Source of the DNA: Candidatus Eiseniibacteriota bacterium
GTDB lineage: Bacteria > Eisenbacteria > RBG-16-71-46
DNA length: 10,551 nucleotides
Reading direction: 5' to 3'
Assembly (NCBI GenBank): GCA_031366795.1
Contig: JANLOX010000042.1
Coordinates: forward strand, 1 to 10,551
Positions 1 to 7,457 of this stretch are shown here, piece after piece (the stretch's first letter is position 1; each line of letters starts with the position of its first letter). Both the position numbers and the translations under genes were made by a program. The notes under the pieces are model-generated. The model searched no databases. It was not told where the DNA came from and worked only from the letters and a program-made list of their open reading frames with translations.

Positions 1-304
1 GCACGGCGGTCACCGCCGTCCCACTCGCGCCGCAGTTTACCGTCTGAGGCGACGTGCCCGTGATCGTCCCGTTCGCCCCAGCCGTATAGGTCAGGGTGTA
101 GGTACTGATCGCGAAGCTCGCCGTGACGCTCTTGTTCGCCTGAACGTTTGTGTCGGTCCGGGTCCCTGTCAGGACACCGTCGCTCCAGCTCACGAACTGG
201 TAACAGGGGTTCGGCACCGCCATGACCGCTGTGCCACTCGCGCCGCAGTTCACCGTCTGGGGCGTAGTCCCATTGATCGCCCCGTTCGCCACAGCATGAT
301 ACTT
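1..304 (-). pseudogene. In-frame continuation of the LamG/repeat protein past the TAG (interrupted gene or sequence error), truncated by the window edge
   Basis: Reading through the TAG at 307-305 in the same frame gives KYHAVANGAINGTTPQTVNCGASGTAVMAVPNPCYQFVSWSDGVLTGTRTDTNVQANKSVTASFAISTYTLTYTAGANGTITGTSPQTVNCGASGTAVTAV. There is no further stop, and it matches the preceding repeat in register. Confidence 0.8.
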
Positions 305-532
305 CTATGTGTATGTGTTGATCGCGAAGCTCGCCGTGACGCTCTTGTTCGCCTGAACGTTGGTGTCCGTGCGCGGGTTCGAAGTCGAGCCATCGCTCCA
401 GTTCACGAACTGGTAGCACGCGTTTGGCACGGCGGTCACCGCCGTCCCACTCGCGCCGCAGTTTACCGTCTGAGGCGACGTGCCCGTGATCGTCCCGTTC
501 GCTCCGGCCGTGTAGGTCAATGCATACGTGTT
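1..532 (-). repeat. Coding tandem repeat, 213-bp (71-aa) unit, about 2.5 copies visible: R1 532-320, R2 319-107, R3 106-<1
   Basis: Positions 1-76 are identical to 427-502 (offset 426 = 2x213), and 106-148 are identical to 319-361 (offset 213). The protein unit YxLTYTAGANGTI.G...QTV..G...TAV.AVPN..Y.FV.WSDG resembles InlB B-repeat / Listeria-Bacteroides repeat-like domains. Confidence 0.95.
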
Positions 533-2515
533 GAGCGTAAAAGTCGCGTCTATAACGTGGCTCGCCGAGATGCTGGCGAACGCATAAGACGACACCGCGC
601 CCACGGACACCCCGTCTACGACGACATTCGCGACGTAGCATGGGTCTGCCGTAATCGTGTAACTCTGGGTGGATCCGTAGCCCTTCGTAACCGTTCCACT
701 CGGAGTGATCGTTCCGTGGGCGCCTGCGGTTCCGACAATCGTGTAGCTCTTGCATCGTCCATGGTAACTGGTCGCATAGAGCGACTGGATCTCAACCGGG
801 CTCAATGGGCCGCCGACGAGTTCGACTTCGTCGATGTCGCCATCAAGCCAGGAGCCGCCATTGAATGCTTTCCCAATCAGGAACGCGCCCGAGTTGGTCA
901 GACTGCTGGCGCGTAGTGTTGGGTTGAACGTTTGGATGGCCACGCCGTCGACGTAGAGCTTGCCGCCCGCAGTCCCCGCCGCGCGATCGACGACCATCGC
1001 GACAAAATGCCACGCTCCATCATTAATGGGACTCGTGTTCGAGCCGTAGTTGCTGAATTGTATGATTCCCACGCCATCCGCAAGCTGGCAACCCAAGTAT
1101 CCAGAGCTCATGAATAGCGAATAGCCCAAATATGGTGGACCCGTGCGCTTGTCAACGATCGTCTGGGTGCCGGTGGTGGTCGTCTTTACCCACGCGTCGA
1201 GCGAGAAACTGCCAGTTCCAACATTCAGGGCGCTATTGCTTGGCGCGGTGACGTATTGCGACCCGCCTGCCGTGTGCACGCCTCCAGCGACTTCTCCCGT
1301 CACATGCGTCGCGCCGCCTATGTAACTTCCGTTGGAGGCGCCCAGCACGTCGACGGCCGTCGCGCCCGTGGTTTCGTCGAGCGGCCACCATGCTCGCAGC
1401 GGAGTCGCGAGTGTCAGGCACTTGCACTTTCCACCTGCGCCAGACAGGTAGATGGTTTGAAGCTCCGCTTCCGGAACCGCGCGCCCGAACAATTCCACCT
1501 CGTCAATATCGCCGGTGAACGAACTCCCGGCACCGACTGCATCCTTGCCTATCACTAAGTTACTCGGGTTGTCGAGGCTCCCGGAACTAGCAGTTGGATC
1601 GAAGGTCAGGACTACGACGTTGTCTACGAACAACTTCCCACCCGTCGTTCCGGCCGTTCGATCAATCCTGGCTACCACGAAGTGCCAGACGCCGTCGTTG
1701 ATCGGATTGGCGGGAGCAATAAAGTTCGTGGGGAATCCATCCGCAAGTTGGCAACCGAGACGACCCGAGCTGGTAAAAAGCCCGTAGCCAATGACCGTAC
1801 TAACCGGGTCGGTGCGTTTGTCCACGATCATCTGGGTATTCGTACTGGTAGTACGAATCCAGGCATCGATGGTGAAGCTTCCCGTCCCGACGTCGAGAAT
1901 CGGACTGTCTGGAGACGTAACGTATTGGGTGGAATTAGCGATGCGGACACCACCCGCTACCCTTCCGGCGACGTGAGTCGGGCTACCGACGTAGGAGGCA
2001 TTCGACATACCCAATAGGTCGACGGCCGCAGTACCCGAGGCTTCGTCAAGCGACCACCAGCCCTTCAAGGAACCGGGTGCGGGCGAGCATGGGCCCGAGC
2101 AGTTCAGTGCCGTTAGGGATGGACACAGCGTAATTCCACTTGCGGATACGATGGCAGTGCAGGGGCCGTTCGAGATGGTGGCGCAGATACAGAAATGCGC
2201 CACGCCCCATGCGTTTGTGTTCGTACGTACCGTGGCTCCACTGACGGTGACCCCTGAAGGCTGACTTGGGCAGAACGCGATCGAACAACCTGAGAAGTCC
2301 ACCACAACCGTAGCACCTGAAATGGGATTATTGGCGAGGTCTCGAACAATAACGTCGAAGCAACAATCCCCCGTAGGCGAAGTCGTCACGTCTGAAGGGC
2401 AAGTCGAATTAGATGCAGCCGGGACCTGCGCCTGTACGGTTCGGGGTGTTGAGAAATTCGTCAGAATGAGGATGAGTGACAATAAGTGGGACCAGCGCAA
2501 TCGTGACTTCGGCAC
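305..2515 (-). CDS. Secreted modular surface protein / putative adhesin-lectin: signal peptide, Cys-rich Ig-like (Big_1-like) domain, two LamG-like jellyroll domains, then InlB-B/Flg_new-like repeats. Ends at a probably premature TAG.
   Basis: The ORF track starts at 2935, but the first ~140 aa do not look protein-like. The in-frame GTG at 2515 gives a Sec-type signal (MPKSRLRWSHLLSLILILTNFSTPRTVQA|QVP). Next is VIVRDLANNPISGATVVVDF...TNAWGVAHF (invasin Big_1-like). Two LamG copies (~2070-1425 and ~1400-750) carry WW.LDE, SFTIDAWIR/SFSLDAWVK, INDG.WHFVA, KL[FY]VD and GDIDEVEL. A YTI..TAG..GTITPSG repeat (~745-535) and 71-aa repeats follow. The start codon is uncertain; in-frame ATG 2731 is an alternative. 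Confidence 0.85.
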   Translation of the reverse strand: MPKSRLRWSHLLSLILILTNFSTPRTVQAQVPAASNSTCPSDVTTSPTGDCCFDVIVRDLANNPISGATVVVDFSGCSIAFCPSQPSGVTVSGATVRTNTNAWGVAHFCICATISNGPCTAIVSASGITLCPSLTALNCSGPCSPAPGSLKGWWSLDEASGTAAVDLLGMSNASYVGSPTHVAGRVAGGVRIANSTQYVTSPDSPILDVGTGSFTIDAWIRTTSTNTQMIVDKRTDPVSTVIGYGLFTSSGRLGCQLADGFPTNFIAPANPINDGVWHFVVARIDRTAGTTGGKLFVDNVVVLTFDPTASSGSLDNPSNLVIGKDAVGAGSSFTGDIDEVELFGRAVPEAELQTIYLSGAGGKCKCLTLATPLRAWWPLDETTGATAVDVLGASNGSYIGGATHVTGEVAGGVHTAGGSQYVTAPSNSALNVGTGSFSLDAWVKTTTTGTQTIVDKRTGPPYLGYSLFMSSGYLGCQLADGVGIIQFSNYGSNTSPINDGAWHFVAMVVDRAAGTAGGKLYVDGVAIQTFNPTLRASSLTNSGAFLIGKAFNGGSWLDGDIDEVELVGGPLSPVEIQSLYATSYHGRCKSYTIVGTAGAHGTITPSGTVTKGYGSTQSYTITADPCYVANVVVDGVSVGAVSSYAFASISASHVIDATFTLNTYALTYTAGANGTITGTSPQTVNCGASGTAVTAVPNACYQFVNWSDGSTSNPRTDTNVQANKSVTASFAINTYT

Positions 2516-3019
2516 CGCCCACACGGACGTGCGAGATATTTCAGTACTCGTATCGAGCCGCAAGTCTTTTGTGCCCACCGCCCCCCATGCTTGTACCAGC
2601 AGGCACTCACTAATGAATTGTATGCCGCTGCGGAAGGTGCTCGCGACTGACGCCGTGAGCCCTAATACAAGATCCATCAGTGCAAGGCGGCCGAAGCACA
2701 CGTAGTACCCCCAATTGCGTTGCTGTTGCATGGTCCAATCGGGGTTAAAAACCGATGGACTCCAAATCGACAGCCTCCCGCCCTCATGCTCAGATGGCGG
2801 GCAAGCGGCAAGACACTCGACATGAGCGATCCGGGCGGGAACTTCGTTCCGCGCCTGACCAGACTCGCGCGCAGCACGAGCGAGATGCTCGCGGGCGAGT
2901 GACGCACTTCGAATCAGTGACCATTCGCACGGCACAATGTTGCCGTGCGCGATTGCGGCCGAGGGGAGTCAGTCACGGTCCGGGCGGATGGAAAACCATC
3001 GCGGGGAGATGTCTGCGGC

Positions 3020-3039
3020 CGGCGCAAACCTTTGCGCCG
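3020..3039. promoter_or_regulatory. Perfect inverted repeat just downstream of malQ (3' mRNA hairpin or operator)
   Basis: CGGCGCAAA-CC-TTTGCGCCG has 9-bp arms and lies 30 bp after the malQ stop. No U-tract follows, so its function is unresolved. Confidence 0.4.
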
Positions 3040-3069
3040 CGGGGAGGATGCGCCTGTGTCACGACAGCG

Positions 3070-4602
3070 TCAAGGTGTTTCTGGCAACTCCGCCGATTCT
3101 TCCACGCTGTCCACCACCACCCGCCCATACACATCCGCCCACTCCGCCAGTCGCTCGAGCCGCCAGCCTTCGAGTTGCTCCCAGCGGAAGCGCCACGCCC
3201 AATTTCCGCTGGGCCTGCCCGGCAGGTTCATGCGCGCGGCTTCGTCCAACTCGAGCACATCCTGCAGTTGCACGATCGCGGTATGTGAAACGCTCGCCAT
3301 CGCGGCGCGGACCAACGCCCAGGTGAAGCCCGCATCATCGCAGCCGAGATAGCGTCGCGCGTGGTGCTGCTCGTGTTCCTTGGCAGCGGCAAACCATGCG
3401 CGCGCCGGCTCGTTGTCGTGCGTACCGGTGTAGGCGATGCAGTGCTTGGGAAAGTTGTGCGACAGGAATTCGTGGGCGGCGCCTCCGCCGAAGCCGAATT
3501 GCATGATCTTCATTCCCGGCAAATCGAATGCATCGCGCAGTTCCCTGACGCCCGGCGTGATGAAGCCGAGGTCTTCGGCGAGGATCGGCACCTCGCCCAC
3601 GGCCTTGAGCAGCGCCGAAAATATCGATTTGCCCGGGCCCTTCACCCACTCGCCATGCTCTGCGGTCGCCGCGGTGGCGGGCACTTCGTAGTAGGCCTCG
3701 AATCCGCGGAAGTGATCGAGCCTCACGATATCGACGACTTCGAGCGTGGCGTGCATGCGTTCGATCCACCACGCATAGCCGGTTCGCTCGTGCACGTCCC
3801 AACGGTAGATCGGGTTGCCCCACAGCTGGCCGAGCGGCGAGAAATAGTCAGGCGGAACGCCGGCCATGACGGAGGGCTGGCCCGCGGCGTCGAGCTTGAA
3901 CAACTCGCGATGCGCCCACACATCGGCGCTGTCGTGCGCCACGAAGATGGGCACGTCCCCGATGACCTGGATCCCGTGCTCATTCGCGTAGGCGCGCACG
4001 GCGCCCCACTGGCGGAAGAACAGGAACTGGCGGAAACGTTGTGCGTTGACGACGTCGCCGAGCCGCGCACGCGCTTCGGCGATCGGCTTCGGCTCGCGCT
4101 GTGCCAGCGGCTTCGCCCACGATACCCACGCCCTGCCGTCATGCTCGGACTTGAGCGCCATGAACAACGCGAAGTCCTCGAGCCAGCTCGCATGGGACTT
4201 GCAGAACTGGTCGAACTCATTCTCCAGCTTCGAGCGGCCGCTCTTGAACCGGTTCCACGCGGTGTCGAGCATGGCGAGCTTGAAATCGATCACGGGACCG
4301 AAGTCGACTGCTTCGTCCGGGAACTGCGGTGCGGCCGCGAGATCGGCGTCCTCGAGCAGTCCGTCCTCGAGCAACTTCTCAGGGCTCACGAGATACGGGT
4401 TGCCCGCCATCGCCGAGAAGCACTGGTAGGGCGAGTCGCCAAAACCGGTCGGCCCCAGCGGCAGCACCTGCCACAACGTCTGCTTGCCATGCACCAGCGC
4501 GTCGATCCAGCGGAACGCGGCGGGCCCTAGATCGCCGATGCCGAAGCGCCCGGGCAACGAGGTCGGGTGCAGCAGAATCCCTGCGCGGCGCGGGAACTTC
4601 AT
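3070..4602 (-). CDS. malQ: 4-alpha-glucanotransferase (amylomaltase, GH77)
   Basis: N-terminal RRAGILLHPTSLPG, WQVLPLGPTGFGDSPYQ, IGDVPIFVAHDSADVW and GVPPDYFS..GQLWGNP. Catalytic motifs RLDHFRGF, AEDLG and TGTHDN. C-terminal RMNLPG..GNW.WR. The 510-aa length is typical of Thermus-type amylomaltases. Confidence 0.98.
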   Translation of the reverse strand: MKFPRRAGILLHPTSLPGRFGIGDLGPAAFRWIDALVHGKQTLWQVLPLGPTGFGDSPYQCFSAMAGNPYLVSPEKLLEDGLLEDADLAAAPQFPDEAVDFGPVIDFKLAMLDTAWNRFKSGRSKLENEFDQFCKSHASWLEDFALFMALKSEHDGRAWVSWAKPLAQREPKPIAEARARLGDVVNAQRFRQFLFFRQWGAVRAYANEHGIQVIGDVPIFVAHDSADVWAHRELFKLDAAGQPSVMAGVPPDYFSPLGQLWGNPIYRWDVHERTGYAWWIERMHATLEVVDIVRLDHFRGFEAYYEVPATAATAEHGEWVKGPGKSIFSALLKAVGEVPILAEDLGFITPGVRELRDAFDLPGMKIMQFGFGGGAAHEFLSHNFPKHCIAYTGTHDNEPARAWFAAAKEHEQHHARRYLGCDDAGFTWALVRAAMASVSHTAIVQLQDVLELDEAARMNLPGRPSGNWAWRFRWEQLEGWRLERLAEWADVYGRVVVDSVEESAELPETP

Positions 4603-6266
4603 GGCGTGCCGTGTTGCCGGGACGACGCGGATTCGATGCGGAACAGCGATTTATCGCCGTCGAGCAAACGCGTCACGGAATCCCCCGGGGACACGCCGGC
4701 CGCGAACTTGGGCCAGGTCCGCGTTTCAATCAGGCACAACGTGCTCGGATGGTGCTTGATGAAGTTCGCCAGCCCTTCGGGGCCCACCACGATGGGCAGC
4801 GGATGCGGCGTGAAGTAAGGGCGCGGACTGCCGGCGAGAACATCCGGGGTCTGTCGCGAGTAGTAGGTCAGGCCGCGCACGAGGAAGCGCTCGGCCAGCA
4901 ACGCATCCCCCGGCTTGCGGTTCGCTACGACAACCACGGCGGCATCGCGGGTCGAGACGCGCGATTCGATGAACGGCGTGCCTACGGTCAGCAGCCCTAC
5001 GAGCAACACGAGGCTCGCGGCGAGCGTCGTCGCGGTCCATGCGCGCCAGTGACCCAGCCACAACAGCACCACGCCGATCGCAAGCAACACGGCGATGCCG
5101 GCAATCGGGAGCCGCAGCGGCGCGAGCAAGGGCACGTTGGCGGCCACGGCGAAGGCGATCGCCTGCACGACCGCCAGGCTGATGGCACTGATCTTCGCGG
5201 TACGCGCCAGCCCGGGCTCATCCTGGTGATGCGCCGCGATCGCCCGGCCGGCGAGCAGCGCCAGCGGGACGAAGGTGAACAGAATGTAGGTCGGCAACTT
5301 GGAGTGCGCGATCATGAAGAACACGAGGTTCGCGAGCAGCCACCCCCACAGGAAGGCGCTCGTCGCGTCGTTACGGATCTCGGAACGCGCGCGCGCCACG
5401 GCGGCGGCGACCGCGGGCAGCCAGGGCAGCGAACCGACCACCAGCACGAGCAGGTAGTAGTAGAGCTTGTCATTCTCGCCATGCTCCGCACGCACCAGCC
5501 GTTCCCAGTTTTCGTGGACGAGGAACGTACGCAGGTAGTCCAGCCCGAACCGCTGCGTCATCACCACGAACCACGGCAACGCCACCGCAGCGAACAGGAC
5601 GCCGCCGATCGCGAGGGTCACGAAGTCGATGCGGCGCGGCGCGCGGTTGCTGAGCACGGCGACGAGCGCTGCCAGCCCCGGCACGAGTATCCCCAAGGGC
5701 CCCTTGGTCATCACGGCGAGACCAGAGCACACCATCGCGACGATCCACCAGATGCGGCGCCGCGATTCGTTGGTCGCGCCGTTCCAGAAGGCGAAGCACG
5801 ACAGGCTCGTGAACAGCGCGAAGATCGTGTCGGTGAGCACCAACCGCGAGGTCACCATGAACTCGACGCCGGTTGCGAGCACGGCGGCCGCGGCGAGGCC
5901 GGCGTGGCGGCCGAAGTGGCGGACGCCGAAGGCGTAGACCGCGAACACCAGCGCAATGGCAGCCACGGACATCGGCAAACGCGCCGCGGCCTCGGTGACG
6001 CCGAATGCCTTCATCGAGGCGATCATGCCCCAGTACACCATCGGCGGCTTTTCGAACTGCGGATGGCCGAAGATGAGCGGCACAATCCACTCGCGCGCCT
6101 CGAGCATCTCGCGCGAAGCCAGCGCGTAGAACGGCTCATCGGGATCGATGAACGGCAGGTGCCCCATGCGCCAGCAGAAACAAATGGCGCTGATCGCGCT
6201 GAGCAGCAGCACGTCGCGCACGCGATCCATGACGCTCGGCTGCGGGTTGAGAGCTCCAGCCTTCAA
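4599..6266 (-). CDS. ArnT-like polyprenyl-phosphate-sugar-dependent membrane glycosyltransferase (GT-C fold, PMT_2; GT39/GT83-like)
   Basis: Motifs DPDEPFYALASREM, FEKPP, EAAARLP and MTKGP, with many hydrophobic transmembrane segments, SKLPTYI and a soluble C-terminal domain. The TTG start overlaps the upstream stop (TTGA) and has GAGG 8 nt upstream; ATG 6230 is an alternative. The substrate cannot be assigned from sequence. Confidence 0.9.
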   Translation of the reverse strand: MKAGALNPQPSVMDRVRDVLLLSAISAICFCWRMGHLPFIDPDEPFYALASREMLEAREWIVPLIFGHPQFEKPPMVYWGMIASMKAFGVTEAAARLPMSVAAIALVFAVYAFGVRHFGRHAGLAAAAVLATGVEFMVTSRLVLTDTIFALFTSLSCFAFWNGATNESRRRIWWIVAMVCSGLAVMTKGPLGILVPGLAALVAVLSNRAPRRIDFVTLAIGGVLFAAVALPWFVVMTQRFGLDYLRTFLVHENWERLVRAEHGENDKLYYYLLVLVVGSLPWLPAVAAAVARARSEIRNDATSAFLWGWLLANLVFFMIAHSKLPTYILFTFVPLALLAGRAIAAHHQDEPGLARTAKISAISLAVVQAIAFAVAANVPLLAPLRLPIAGIAVLLAIGVVLLWLGHWRAWTATTLAASLVLLVGLLTVGTPFIESRVSTRDAAVVVVANRKPGDALLAERFLVRGLTYYSRQTPDVLAGSPRPYFTPHPLPIVVGPEGLANFIKHHPSTLCLIETRTWPKFAAGVSPGDSVTRLLDGDKSLFRIESASSRQHGTP

Positions 6267-7444
6267 ACGCCGCGCCTCACGGACGGGTGAGCGGAAGCCG
6301 GAGCCGTAGCGCGAGCGGGAGCGGGAGCCGGCGCCGGCACCTGACGGCGCAGCCGCGCGCGCAGCTCTTCCTTGTTCGCGACCGTCAGCATCGGCAGCGA
6401 GCGCCAGCCGGCCTCGTCGAAGAAACCGACGCGCGCCTCAAGCTTGGCGAAGCCCGGCAGCAGCCGCGGCATGATCGCCAACGGGATGCGCAGCTCGCCG
6501 CGCAACGGACCACCGGTGTATTCGGCGGGCTGCGGACCGACGCGACCATCGGCGAAGCGCACCGCTACCTGTGAAGAGTGCCAGGGCATGCGGATCCGCA
6601 GCGAGCGGCGCATGCCCTGCAGGCTCGGGTAGAGCAGCATGAGCGACGCTGGCCCCCACGCGCGCATGCACGGCGTGCGCGCGATGGTCAGGCACATGCG
6701 GTCGGCCTCGACACGAACCCAGCGAATCGGGTGCGAAGGCTCATCACTGCCCGCGCGCGCCGACTCGAAGAACACTTCCTGGCGATGGGCGAACGCGAGC
6801 AGTTCGGCGCGACGGAAAAACAGCTGCGAGACATGGCAGCTGATGGCGTCACGCTTGCGTTCGATCTCCAAAGGTTCGGGCCACAGCCCCAGCGGGTGTC
6901 CCGCCGGCTGCTGCGTGCCGTCGTGCACGATGCACTCGAACAACCGCGGCGAGCGGTGCCGGCCACGGCGCGCGCATGCCGCGCGCACGGCGACCGCGGC
7001 GGCACTGTGATCCGAGTGATGATCGTGCAGCGAAGGCGAGAACACGTGAGTCGGCGCCTGCTCCGCGAATACTTCGTTGAGCACGCGCGTCAGCGATGCG
7101 TCGCCGGCCATCACCAGGTCGGTCACCTGCTGGTCGGGGAAGCCGAGGAAGCTGACGCAATCGGGTGCAACGCCGAGGCAGCGCAGCGACCGAAGCGCTT
7201 CGCCACGGCGGCGGGCGCCCCAGCGCGCGCGTTCGCGGGCGCCGATACTCCAGCGCCGGTCCGCGACGCGTTGCGGCCAGGGATTGTTCTCGCCGTCGGT
7301 GAGGAATGCGACGTAGACCTTGGCACCCTTGGCCTGTGCTCGCTGCAGCAATCCACCCGTCGCCAGTGCTTCATCGTCCGGATGGGGCGCCAGGATCAAC
7401 AGCCGTGATTCCTTGGTAATGTCGAACGATTCGAAGTCATCCAT
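6263..7444 (-). CDS. PIG-L/LmbE-family Zn-dependent de-N-acetylase with a C-terminal extension
   Basis: LLILAPHPDDE metal motif, AFLTDGE, RRGEA..L..LG, FLGFPD, HDHHSDH (HxDH) and KRDAISCHVSQ. I moved the start to ATG 7444, 13 nt after the preA stop, because the longer ORF start overlaps preA. Confidence 0.92.
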   Translation of the reverse strand: MDDFESFDITKESRLLILAPHPDDEALATGGLLQRAQAKGAKVYVAFLTDGENNPWPQRVADRRWSIGARERARWGARRRGEALRSLRCLGVAPDCVSFLGFPDQQVTDLVMAGDASLTRVLNEVFAEQAPTHVFSPSLHDHHSDHSAAAVAVRAACARRGRHRSPRLFECIVHDGTQQPAGHPLGLWPEPLEIERKRDAISCHVSQLFFRRAELLAFAHRQEVFFESARAGSDEPSHPIRWVRVEADRMCLTIARTPCMRAWGPASLMLLYPSLQGMRRSLRIRMPWHSSQVAVRFADGRVGPQPAEYTGGPLRGELRIPLAIMPRLLPGFAKLEARVGFFDEAGWRSLPMLTVANKEELRARLRRQVPAPAPAPARATAPASAHPSVRRGV

Positions 7445-7457
7445 GATCTGCGCTTGC

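Noticed and set aside
305..307. Genetic-code reassignment or pyrrolysine at the TAG
   Set aside because: preA and pntAA end at TAG at the expected positions, the aligned residue is a structural Leu, and no pyl genes are visible.
1..532. Diversity-generating retroelement TR/VR pair as the cause of repeat divergence
   Set aside because: The mismatches are not restricted to adenines, the copies are in-frame tandem protein repeats, and no reverse transcriptase is in the window.
2516..2935. 140-aa N-terminal extension of the LamG ORF as given in the ORF track
   Set aside because: It does not look protein-like and would bury the signal peptide. A minus-strand TACAAT at 2622-2617 could be a -10 for the shorter gene. 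It is not fully excluded, since the frame is open.
4329..6290. 653-aa plus-strand ORF, and similar long antisense ORFs at 3361-4530, 6578-7408, 7320-8990 and 9076-10494
   Set aside because: These are shadow frames opposite well-supported genes in high-GC DNA. They are Arg/His/Gly-rich with no recognisable motifs.
6288..6340. GCGGGA/GCCGGA-type hexamer repeats
   Set aside because: They simply encode the Pro/Ala low-complexity tail of the deacetylase.
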